A DNA stretch of 64,000 nt from NCBI GenBank assembly GCA_964057225.1, contig OZ059896.1:13702001-13766000 (forward strand). The letters run 5' to 3'. Of the stretch, positions 40,508 through 52,106 are shown piece by piece (position 1 is the first letter of the stretch; each line of letters starts with the position of its first letter). The position numbers and the translations under genes are program-made. The stretch comes from Auanema rhodensis. Its lineage: Eukaryota > Animalia > Nematoda. Under the pieces are notes generated by a model. That model did no database searches. It had not been told where the DNA came from and saw nothing but the letters and a program-made list of their open reading frames with translations.

Positions 40508-43500
40508 CTAACCTAACCTAGATTGAGTATTAGATGCCACTCTAATCAGATTATCTAAGAAAGCTTGGTGTGCTAATAAACTCGATTGCAAGTCAGCCGC
40601 TTTCTTCTCCAAACCAATGATACTGTCTTTTGATAGCTTCGCATCTGAAACTTTTACGATACATAATTTCGCCGTAATCAGACAAACCATCCAATAATTG
40701 AACACATTCTATTCGATTCGATTCTTTATTCGTAACCTCCTCCTTTTTCTTTATTGCAATGAGGGACTTCGCTGAGGGGGGTAATGAAAACGATGAAGAC
40801 CCGAGCTCTTCCATAAATCTTCCCGTATATGGAATCCTTTTTTCTAGAGCTCTTCGAGCAAAGCTGAGATCTGAAAAGAAGGTACTATTAGTTCAGTCGA
40901 TAACACATCATATGCTTAATTTGTTTAGAATTCTCTCAGACAGGATACACGGATTACCGGTCAAGTAAAATGTTTCCGCCCCATAGATTCTCTAATATGA
41001 ATTGAAGTATTCGATTAACTGGCAAGTCGTTTTCACATGCCCAGTGACTTATCATCATATTCGTGAAATTATATTCCTAATCGTTTATATTTCTCAATCT
41101 CTTCTAAGATGTACCGTGCTTTGAAAAACGGTTCACTATGTCAAGTATCACCAAATGTGATTAAACCACCAAAATCAGAAATGTCAGAAACAAGTAAGAT
41201 TATAACGTTTTTAAGTAGATAATAATAATTCAGCTATCAAAACAAAGGCTCAAACAGATCGGCTAACTGAACGTCAGCGTCAAATACTGATCAAAACTTT
41301 TCAGAATATGGAGGATGATTGCGTGAAATTAGGTTTAAAAATGCTTTTAAGGCAAGCTCACACTCATAAAAACGTTAGAAACATAAAAAGGTTTTCAGGC
41401 TATTTTCAGAATACCCAAGATACAAGCTAATTTGGCCACAGTTCCGTGCTATTCCCGATTCATCACTTATGCACGCAAATCAATTGAGGTAGGAACATGC
41501 ATAAGACGAAACAAATCAAAAGTTTAGACGCCATTCATCTGTTTATATGGCTGGATTGCGATCAATCATTCATTCAATGAATAAAGAAACAGAATTAGCA
41601 GATCAATTAAACCGTATTGCTAAAGCTCATATTAAATGGAATATTCATAGAAGTCACATTCAGGTACGATATTCAGAGTGAAGATGCCCAAACGAATAGT
41701 TTAGCATATGTTAGACCCTGTTTTGGAAGTTGTAAAAGAAGCTAATGGATATCAGATGGACGATGAAATTAAGGAGGCTTGGACAACACTGTATGATGTG
41801 ATAGCAGAACTTGTGGAAATATTTCGGGCGAAAGCATAATAAAATATTTCTTTCAAAAAATCTACTCACCTTTAGCACTTAAAACTGAGTTATTCATCAT
41901 ACTATCATCTTGATCATAATTTATAATAGAAAGTCCAGTCGGTGCACGAAATTCTGTACAGGTATGATATGTTAAGGCTGTGGAATTTAAAATTGGAGTG
42001 CTACAAGCGGATCCTCTTTCTAAAAACAGCTCAAAATGACAACTATAATAACTCTTTAAGCACTTACGATCATTTTCATCAATAAAAGAGAAAAATCTAT
42101 CATTATCGTCCATAGACACGAAAGAGGTGGATAGACGAGGAGATTTTTCATAATCAAAGAAAGAAGGTTCAACAGATTTTCTTTTCCTAAACGAAAAAAA
42201 TTATAATTTACTTCATGGATTATTATCACCGTAAAGATTGATTATTTCCTCTAGTATTTTTTAAAATGTTAGCTAATCGCTTATTGGAATGAGTTAGAGC
42301 CTGAAACAAAGTTCTAAACTATGATTCTCTAATATCGTTATAACTCTAGCAAGGTATTCATCACGTTTTCTTTTGGAACAGAAATATTTCCACTGTTCGA
42401 AAGCATTCCGACAGATTCTAGTTCGTCTTTTCTGTTTGAAAAGGGCTAATTGTAAAGACGAGTTGGTGCTTGTGTGAGAACTAAAATGGTAAATAATAGA
42501 ACATAAAGAAAACTCAACTAACTTTTTCGTTTTTGAGGAAATTTTAGACGAATTTATATAATTTGATGGAGAGAAATCTGAGAAAAAAAAAGCTTAAAGC
42601 AACTGGCCATGAGCAGTTACATACATTTACAATTGAAGTTTGGTTCAAAGGAATCCCATTGCTGAGCACGATGTTCTCTAAATTTTTTTCTATTCCGTAC
42701 TTTATCCCTCCAGGTGTCCCAAAACTGTTTCAACCATAGCCTGTACATCCCATCTCTGAATTTGTTAAGTCCCTCGTCAATCTAAAAATTTGTTTTTTAT
42801 TTGTTTTATACAAGCTATATTTAATTTACCACAGCCTCTTCCTCAATTAGAGTTTTATTAATGAGTAGTTTAAGTTCTTTCTCAATTATTGAATTCAATT
42901 CGTGATTCCAAAATTCTTCGGCAATGTAATCACTAGCCTCTACAAGATACGCTTTATTCTGTATCCTGAAAGAGAAATAAATTAAGCATATTTGAATAGT
43001 GACAAACTTAATTTCCTGTTGTATTAATAAATTCATCTCTGTCATTAATATATAATCCAAAGCATTCTCAGAAATATTTTTGGCAAAACATTTCAAACGT
43101 AATCGCTCGTTCAGTTCCCGTTCCTCCTTTTCTCGTCGTACCTGTTTTGCCTTTTCTTTATCAAATTCTTCCACGAGTATCTCTCTTGAAAAATAGTAAT
43201 ATATAAAGTTTTGAATCCAATCCAACCTGAAGATGTTATTTACGCTGTTATCAATTAATGCTTCCGTAATCTCGTTGTATATGGCTACCTCAGCTGCTGA
43301 TTTAACTTTTTCTTGGATTACTTCATCGAGAATTTTTTCAGCCTGATGAGTTATCTAGAACGAACATACTATATAAATACAAGAATATTAAAAAAAACCA
43401 TTGTTGAGTAGGGGTTATGAGAAACTACAAGCTTAGGTTTCTCAAAGCTTTCATTTGAGCTTACATCAGAACTGCGACGCATTACCTAAAGATATACGAC

Positions 43501-46029
43501 AAGACATTTTAAAAACGAAATGAAAAATGATAATCTCACTTCATCAGAATATTGAGCTATCAGCCGGTTAAGAACCACATCTTTGGTATAAGCACCATTT
43601 GCATCGAACGAATTAGGGATCTCAGCTGGTTCAGGATACGTCAACACTCCTGGCCCATACACTACCTAAAAAAAGTCCATTTGACGGAAAAAATGAAACA
43701 TTGAAAAATACCTTACTCAACGGGGCATCATTTTTGTGATCAATCCATTTGTAAGTGATAGATGAATCCAAATGTGGATTTTTGAAAAACTCTTTGTGCA
43801 AGACCACCTATGAAAACTTCAATAAAGCGAGAAAACCGTTATCATACTTACATAATCACTTTCAGATTCCACCTGTAAATTACATTCCTCTAGAAAAGCT
43901 ATACATGTTTCTCGATCATCAAATCCCAGAATTTGGATTATAGTATCAATATCGAAAGCACAATTCTGATACGCTCCAACCATTACAGATAGTGCCCACC
44001 CTCTGATCTGAATTTAATCCTAGAGGATCTAATCAATAGTAAAAAAAACCTCTTGAAACACTCTGTGACAGACACAACATTGCAAGAAAGTGGCCTCATT
44101 GATCAAAAGTCGGAAAAATCTTCAAAGAATGTATATAGAGTAAACTTAGACAGTAAAAAAAAATGAATACCTAACATAGTTCTTATTTTGAAGAGCACTG
44201 GCCAGCTGAATGGCGAGCCGAACTGGTTTCGATTCTCGAACCTCCTTCCGATAAGATAAAACCTAGAGTTCAACTAAATAAGAGAAAACAAAACTTTGTT
44301 CTGTACCTGTCTTAATACGTTACTATCATGAAAATGTAACATCACATCATATGCGCGGAACTCGGCTTCAGTTTCAAAAAAAATACCCTTCTTTTCTATA
44401 AACAAATATAAGCTTCCGTTATAAAATTAATACCAACCTAAATCATCATAAAGATGTCGAAGAGTTTGTAAGCATTTTCCAAGGTTTTCCCTATTCATTC
44501 TTTCATCAAATTGATCTACCGGTAATGTGCACAGTTGATAAGCACATAGAATGTGAAAACGAGTACAACTGAGAAAAATAATTGAAAATTAAACATCGAT
44601 AAACCAACTTTTCAACCAAAAGTATAGCTGTCTCATCCGAAAGCATTAACTGGGTAACTTCTTTTCTTAAAGCCCTAGTACGAGACCATAGGAAGTCATA
44701 CCATCCAGCTAACTCATTTTGTTCGGGCATTTTATCAAATATCTAAAATCAGCTATTAAGACAGCATTTTCAAAGTAGAAAACCTCAAGAAGTAAATAGG
44801 AGAGTGAAGCATGTAACATTTCTTTTGTTCTCAATTCATGTGCCAATGGTTTCTCCTGATCAGCTGCACTTCTAGCATAGTCCTGAATAAAAATAATAAT
44901 TATGAGAAGCCGGGTAGCGACCAAAGCATATTAAGCACAAATCAAAATAAAAGGAATCATTGTGATGTTACATAATTTGTAGAACGGTCGATGTGTACTA
45001 ATTGAAAAAAATACAAAAAAGTAACTCACTTTGACCATTCTCTGTTCAATAATACTTCCATTTTGGTCACACTCGAATGGTGATAACCTTTTCTGTACAA
45101 TTCTAGTGTATCTTTCTCTTTCAGAGCACATAGCCGTGCAAAGCCCCATTACTTGTCGAGCTTTTCCTGAAGCATCAGTTTTTTCAGTAGCCTTAAATAC
45201 ACGTTATATAAAGTTATACGCTTAAAACAATACTTGTCTTAAATCACACAGCAATTTATCCCTTTCCCTGAGTAACTCAAATCTTTCAAAATCTGTAGCG
45301 CATATTTTCCCCTTTAGAGCAAATAATGCACTGAAACATTGGTAGAAAGAAAAGTTGAATCCAAACAATTCAAACTAGCCTCAGAGCTCTAACTTGATCT
45401 TCGCTCAAATCAGCAGCTTTGGAAAGTCGAATTTTTGCTGGTTTAACAAATTTTGAAACTTCTTGATGATCAGGTCTCTAAATTTGCATATAGTTTTCAT
45501 ACATACAAACAACGACAAACTTTTGCAAAATTTTCTGGTGATAATGTTCGTTCTGGAGCATCAAGAGGTTTTCTTGTCCAAACTGCGGTCCCCGGAGGTG
45601 CTTTATTCACTCGTCTTCCTAGACGAGGAGGTTTTCCTAATCCTTCAGCTATTCCTGTTCTTCTGTTTCGCATATGTTCAGGATGCTCGTTGCCGTCTTT
45701 GTTATTGCGTACTAAACTAAACTTATTCACAAGTTTTGGTTTTCTATCAAAGGTAAATGAAGAATTACTATATATCTCTAAAAAAAGTTAAATTACACAG
45801 AAAATGTGTTGTATAAACCTGTGTGTTCATTGGGTTTACCGATAGGTTGAGCTATTTTCAAAAATCTGGTAAATTTCGATTGTGTCTGGGAATTTTCTAG
45901 ACGGTAATAGAGAAATGTTAGACAAAAGATAAAATCAAATATAATACCTTCGCTGTCTTTCTCTTTGGACCCTCCGAATACATTTGTCTTTTTTTGTAAG
46001 CTCTGAGGTATTTTAAAATTAAAGTCCAT
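40508..46029 (-). CDS. SAC3/GANP (MCM3AP)-family mRNA export factor, multi-exon
   Basis: Motifs GLCTAMCSERERYTR, MVK-DYARSAADQEKPLAHELR, YDFLWSRTRALRKEVTQ and EAEFRAYDV. The phase-1 intron 41869-40871 joins ...VLSAK G|D LSFARRALEK... in frame, extending the CDS to TAG at 40508-40510. An alternative stop at 41862 applies if that intron is unspliced. Confidence 0.88.
41109..41839 (+). CDS. Globin (nematode GLB family, 5 exons), nested antisense in the SAC3/GANP intron
   Basis: A helix LTERQRQILIKTF; RLFSEYPRYKLIW; distal His in LRRHSSVYM; proximal His in RIAKAHIKW; H helix EAWTTLYDVI. Introns fall at positions consistent with the ancestral B12.2 and G7.0 sites. Confidence 0.92.
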
Positions 46030-46347
46030 CCAATAACCTGTACAATTTATTTATCCCTAAAAATTTACATGTTGAAAATACCTTTTCAATTTTTCATAGA
46101 AATACATAAAAAATGATTAAAATAGTTAAGTTAAATTATAATTTGAATAAATTCCATTGCATTTGGGATCATGTTTCAGTGTAAACAGCGTGCAGAATAG
46201 ACACAATGACATGAGAATTTCAACAGGGTTCAATATAAAAGAGCATTATAGTACGGTAGTATTTTTTTTTACTTTCATAAAGTTTTTGCATATGAAAGTT
46301 GAATCATAGCTTTTAGATATTATCACGAACCGATCTAGTTTTAGATT

Positions 46348-46453
46348 GTCACAGGAGGTTGGCATTTCTGCGTCTCTCGCAGTGTCCTTGGTCTCTTGGT
46401 ATGATCCTAGTTCTTCTGATAACAGGTTGAACGAGTTGTCCGTAACTACAAGT
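46348..46453 (+). ncRNA. Candidate two-hairpin ACA-box (H/ACA-like) RNA between divergent genes
   Basis: Hairpin 1: CAGGAG/CTCTTG and CTGCG/CGCAG. Hairpin 2: TAGTT/AACTA and GATAAC/GTTGTC. ACA at 46448-46450 is followed by AG and a TTTT run. No canonical ANANNA H box. Confidence 0.4.
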
Positions 46454-46577
46454 TTTGTTTGAACATCTTTTCATTTCATTCGAATTTATAGTTTTAAAAT
46501 TTATTTAAAAATGGTAATTAAAATAACTGTTTGCTCAGCTCTGCCACATTTTCAATATTTGAGTTCCAGTCAGTTAA

Positions 46578-47996
46578 ATGTCTGTTTCTCAACCTGCATA
46601 TATTGTTGATGCCTTTACTCAACAGCCTTTTAGAGGAAATCAAGCAGCTGTTTGCTTGATATCTAAGGTTAGTATTAAAATTTAATATTTTTCTTATGTT
46701 CAACGAGAATATCCTCAGGTGGCTACGAATTCTGAGTATCAGACTATTGGTGCTGAATTCAACCTGTCCGAAACCGCTTTTCCTGTACCACTTGATGGAG
46801 ATTATAAGACAGGTATCTGAATTTCCTTACTTTACAGTTTTTTTTTTAATTTAGCAAGTAAGTTTTCTCTCCGATGGTTCACCCCTACTGTGGAGGTTCC
46901 ATTATGTGGGCATGCTACTTTAGCAACATCTCATGTGCTGTTCTATGAAGTTGGTGAGTTCAGTTTTTCTTACTGTCAGGTGACTGAACTAAAATTAAAA
47001 AAATATTTGCTGATTGAACGAGCCGTGAAAAAAGTGAACTGGCTATCATCTCTTCAGTTTTTGAGGTCGATTGTTTGAATCGGAGATCTTGGGAATTTAA
47101 TTATAAGAAAATCGAAAGTTTACCTTACATTGGTTTCATATTTTACTTTACAGGCAATATTAACGAGAAAATTACATTTTTAACCAAATCAGGAGAATTA
47201 ATTGTATCTAAAGCTCCAGATGGTTGTGTTTCTATGGATTTTCCTCAGTACTCTCTGGCTTCTGTCACTTTATCTTCCAAAAACATTGCCAAGGAAGATG
47301 GATTCTCTCATGTATTGATATTTTAAAGAATTGTATATTTAGATTAAACATTTCTTGTAGGTTGATGTGTCATCCTATGTGGGTGATATCATAGATTGTT
47401 TGGTACCCGCAAGCATATCAGTGAAGGCGATCGCTTATGCCGCTGAAGCCAAAAAAATGATTGTTGTGCTAGATTCTAACGTCACCAGGTGACTTGGATA
47501 CGCAAAAATAATGTAGAATTTATAATTTGAAGGCAGCAGCTAGAAGAAATAGCATGTGATCACAAAAAAATGGTTGAAGCTCATCCTAACGGCGAGTTTA
47601 TTCGTGGAATCATGATAACAGTCAGACCATTGAATGCTGTTCAACAAGTAGGCTCATAAAATAAAAACAATCCAAATTAAAATTTAGGGATTTGTTGACA
47701 AAGACGGTAAGGCATACGATTACGCCTCTCGTTATTTCGCTCCATGGGTTGGAATTCCTGAAGATCCAGCTACCGGGTCTGCTCAATGCTGCTTAGCTCC
47801 TTATTGGGCAAAACATTTGCAGAAAAACGATTTATATGGTTAGTTGGCATTCGAGAAACAGTTGAAAATTATTGTTCCAGCAGTTCAATGCTTTCCCCGA
47901 CGTGGAGCAGAGTTCCGGGTAAAAATCAAAAGTTCTGATCGCTTGATTCTTACCGGAAAATCCCAAACAATTGTAGAGGGAAAAATTCGTTTTTAA
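46578..47996 (+). CDS. PhzF/PBLD-family (phenazine biosynthesis-like) isomerase
   Basis: Motifs [44 protein letters not shown] and [19 protein letters not shown]. Intron-rich. Confidence 0.95.
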
Positions 47997-48547
47997 GTAA
48001 ATGTGCTTAAAAATGTGTATTTTCTTACATAAAGCAGATCACCTATCACTGCTAATATCAAATAGCAGTATAATGCATATTAGCTGTAAATAGTATATTT
48101 GATCTTACATGTCATTAAAGTTAGTAATAAATTTCTTAAACTATTATTCATCATGTGATTGATTTCAAAAATGTATCAGTTTAACTGAAAACAAAAAATA
48201 ATTATCTTGATAATGAAATGAACATAAATAGAATAGTTTGAATTGAAAAAATTATATCAAAAAAGCTCTCTCATTGCACAAATGATATTATTTCACGAAG
48301 GTTCTTGATCTTCGTGTCATGCTTATAGGGAACATCTACTGATACAGTACTTATTATTTAAAATTATGTTTTATTTTCTTTATATAATACATGTATCAGA
48401 TTTGTTGACTTTGAGGATTATAATATGGCAATATATAAAGAAATACTTTTTTATAGAACATATCTTTTCGAAAATTTAATATTTAATATTTATTCGACAA
48501 TATAGGGAATTGTTTCGATCATTCCGAATGATAAATTGAATAGTTAT

Positions 48548-50590
48548 TTAATACAAGAAACGAGTAACAATAAAAACAGTAATCATTGAGATATAGGTTG
48601 AAATCGAAACTGCTGATTTAGGACGTACTCCGTGCCCGATATCTGGATTATCTTAAAAAAATAAAGAATTAATAATATATATTATATAAAAGAAAGGCTC
48701 ACTGTGATAGTGGTCTGGATGGTAAGGATCATTTGGTACTACACCTCCACCAATGTTTCCTCCAATCTGAGTGTTTCGTTCTAGAAAAAAATTTAAAATT
48801 ATTTTACTAATCATAATTTAACAAAATTTGATATTTAATGAAAATATAGATGAGTATAAGATATTAAAGCTTAATAATAAAGCGTGCGGTTAAGCAAGAT
48901 AACTAAGCTATAGCGTTTGCTAAGCTTACCCGAGCGACGATCTCTGTGCTTATGATGCTTAAGTTTACGATGATCATGAGCGCCTAAGAAATATTTTCGC
49001 TAATTTTTTTATGATATTTGTAACGAACTGGATGCACCTGATCCGATGTTATGCCCATATCCTACACCGCTGCCAATATTGTTGGAATGACTAGAAGGAT
49101 GAGAACCTAAGAAACATCCTCACTAATTTTGGAGAAATTTTCATCAAACCCGATACACCTGATCCAATACTATGGCCAATTCCTACACCGCTTCCAATGT
49201 TATTAGAATGAGAAGAATGATGGGATCCTAAGTACAACCCTCACTATTTTTCAAGCAATTTTGGTCAAACCCGATGAACCTGATTGAATATTATGCCCGA
49301 TTCCCACACCACTTCCAATGTTATTCGAACGAGAAGAATGATGAGAACCTAAGAATTTTTCTCGCTAATTTTTTTATGATATTTGTAACGAACTGGATGC
49401 ACCTGATCCGATGTTATACCCATATCCTACACCGCTGCCAATATTGTTGGAATTATAAGAACCTAAGAAAAATCCTCACTGAGTTTGGAGAAATTTTCAT
49501 CAAACCCGATACACCTGATCCAATACCGTGGCCGATTCCTACACCACTTCCAATATTGTTTGAATTATAATTGTGATTTGGTTTAGCTCCATGACCAATA
49601 GATCTTCTCTTCATGGATTGAACTCCATGGCCGATTCCTGGCTGAGACAAGGAAGTGCCAGACCCTAGGCGACGCTCAGAAAGTGAAGCACCATTACCAA
49701 TTTCACGATTCGAGCTATTGAGCCCATCATTTTCATTATTATTTGATAAGACTGCTCCACGACCAATACCAGACCTATGCTGATTTCCTTGGGGGCGATC
49801 AATTATAACTCCTTCACCAATGCCATTTTCCTTGTTGACAACAACCCCTCTTCCAATTTCTTGGTCTTGTTCAAAAATGCCAACTCCTGAACCAATTTCT
49901 CCAGAAGCTTTCTCTATATGGACTGCTCGTCCACCAAGATTTCTTGGTCGTCTTCTATCGAATGGCTCATAGGGTAATGGATGCTTACGTTTGTGCTCAT
50001 CTGAGTAAGAAAATGCAAAATAAACATTTTTGACTTTCTTATAAGTTAAAGGTAATAAAATAGAGAAAGAACTCACGATTGTGGAAATTGTTGGAATGCC
50101 CGATGTTAACGTATCGATCATCACCTGAAAGACCAATATGACAATTTTAATGTAGTTTATCAGTTTAAAAACATTGTTTCAATGAAACATATAGTAAAAT
50201 GTAATTGATGAATACCCACCATTGCATCTATCAGTGTCACACACTGAGCATTCTCGTTGGAAATGATTTGCTGCTGGAAGCATAGAACATCCAGATGTGC
50301 ATCCTTTGTAAATAGCTGCAAGTAAATAGATAAAACCTCACAAGTGTGATCCGTATATCAAAAATATTAGAAAAACAAAAGAATAGCTCACGTTTTCCTC
50401 CTTCTCTAATGGTATAGCAAACGGTACGAGGGGGGCAGAATTCTGGTACAGGATTCGTGCAAGAAACGAAAGAATCACATGTCAAACAAGTGATACTTGA
50501 ACCTATGAGGAAGAATTCATGAGAAACAAAAAGAGATATTTTACCTAAGGAGACAGATGCTAGAACTAACAGAAGTGAAAGATATTTCAT
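48548..50590 (-). CDS. Secreted, probably GPI-anchored protein: Ly6/uPAR three-finger-like domain plus Gly-rich IGxG repeats
   Basis: Signal peptide MKYLSLLLVLASVSLG. Cys domain ITCLTCDSFVSC...CYT...KGC...C...CSVCDTDRCN. About 20 IG(S/H/R/E/N/G)G-like motifs. Hydrophobic tail SAVSISTYISMITVFIVTRFLY*. Confidence 0.85.
48984..49565 (-). repeat. Tandem exon+intron repeat, unit about 120 bp, 5 copies with higher-order pattern A-B-C-A-B
   Basis: Each unit is a phase-1/phase-1 exon (SNNIGSGVG(I/Y)GHxIGSGxS) plus an intron of about 43-45 nt. Introns starting GTTTGATGAAAATTTCTCC and GTTCGTTACAAATATC each occur twice, about 360 bp apart. Confidence 0.93.
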
Positions 50591-51314
50591 TCCTATAATT
50601 AGAATAAGGTTATTTGATCAATACATATTATAAAGTATAAATTTCATAATAAGGTAGAAAAATACTTTCATGCTATCAGGTAGAAATATCTACAACATAA
50701 CAGGGGCAACTCTTATATAATCTGGCAATGTGTGGGAAGGAAATGACAGCAAGGATCATTAACTCTGTGTTATCATCCCAAGAAGAGAAAAGCATAAGAT
50801 AAAATGAAATGTAAATGATAGAAGATCTTATTGAATATAATATGATTCACCCACTGTCATGAGATTTCAGGAAATTCAAATTTGCCTATATGTTATTACA
50901 CCCATCATTTTTTCTTCCTTTAACCTATACTCATGAACCTAAACATAAAACAGCGGTAGAGATGTCAAATTCTTCGATTTATCTCGATTTGACTGTTGAA
51001 ATTGTTTTAGAAATATTTTCCTCAGACCACATTGAATTGGTCTAACCTTGAAAACTAGCTTGAACTCACCGCTTCCTCTGTTGGATGATCAAGAAATGGT
51101 GTTATATGGTAGAAGTATACTGATCAAAAATCTGAAAAAACAATATAAATGGGAAAGACTCATTAGCAGCCATTGTTCAAACTTTTTGATCGGATCAGCG
51201 ACACTTCCCGTCTCATATTGCAACTGTACGGAACGATACATAACATGAAAAAAAGATCCATTTTTCTGTTCATAATTCATGAAATCTCAAAGCTATTAAA
51301 AAAGATTTCATTGA

Positions 51315-51545
51315 ATGGAGATAAGAATTGAAAACTAATATTAACCTGTTGATAATATAAGATGACTATAACTTTGCGATCAAAAATTTTTCCATCATAA
51401 TCGTAGAGCATCATCAAATTCATCTTATCATTTTATAAGCGAGTATTAAATATCATCATGATCTTATCAGTAATATATAAAAGCTATCTTTATTTATACG
51501 AAACATCTCAGTATCAACAACCTTACTTTCAACTATCTTTATATT
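51315..51545. promoter_or_regulatory. GATA-site cluster between the divergent Ly6-repeat and PARP genes
   Basis: Several WGATAA/TTATCW sites (about 51320, 51350, 51424, 51463) within about 200 bp. The AT-rich background weakens significance. Confidence 0.35.
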
Positions 51546-52106
51546 TTAAAACCAAATTCTCTTTTTTGTTCTAACGTTCAGGAAGAAATTCTTGAAGCAT
51601 CCAAGATTAATATTTGAAATTTATAATTTAACACACGTGCACATGGCAACGGCTTTTCATTATTGTTACATACATAGATACATTTGCATACATGTCTATT
51701 CATAGTTACGTTTAAAATACGTCAAACACCCATCCTCTTTTAAGTTTCTTCTGTCCTCTCTCCCTTTCTCTCTCTCTCTCCATCTCTCTCTCAAAATTTT
51801 TCGTTCATCTTTAGATTGTCTAGTGAGTCATTTTATTCGAAATCAAGCGCCGCCAGCCTTACACACACTTTCACTGCCCAAAGCCTCTCTTCACGTCAGT
51901 GCTATTTTGCTGCCACATAGTTCTACGGCCTCTCCCTTATAGTTCCAGTCGTCTTTGATCACAAATTGCTTGAATATGCCGAAGAAAATAGTTTCAATTC
52001 TGTATATATGTACTTCCTTATAAATTTTTCTTCTTCCTTCCTTAATGACATTTATTGAAAACTAAATAATACGTTAATTTAAGGCAAATAAAGTTTTTTT
52101 TCAAAA

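Noticed and set aside
40508-40870. Separate I-BAR/IMD-like gene (KAADLQSSLLAHQAFLDNL resembles MIM helix 1)
   Set aside because: The rest of the IMD domain is absent, and these exons splice in frame onto SAC3/GANP across the globin-containing intron.
46578-47996. PhzF-like gene as a recent horizontal transfer or phenazine pathway
   Set aside because: PBLD homologues are widespread in animals, the gene has several ordinary introns, and no other phz genes are nearby.
48984-49565. CRISPR-like repeat-spacer appearance
   Set aside because: Eukaryotic context; the units are duplicated exons and introns, the spacers are not unique, and there are no cas genes.
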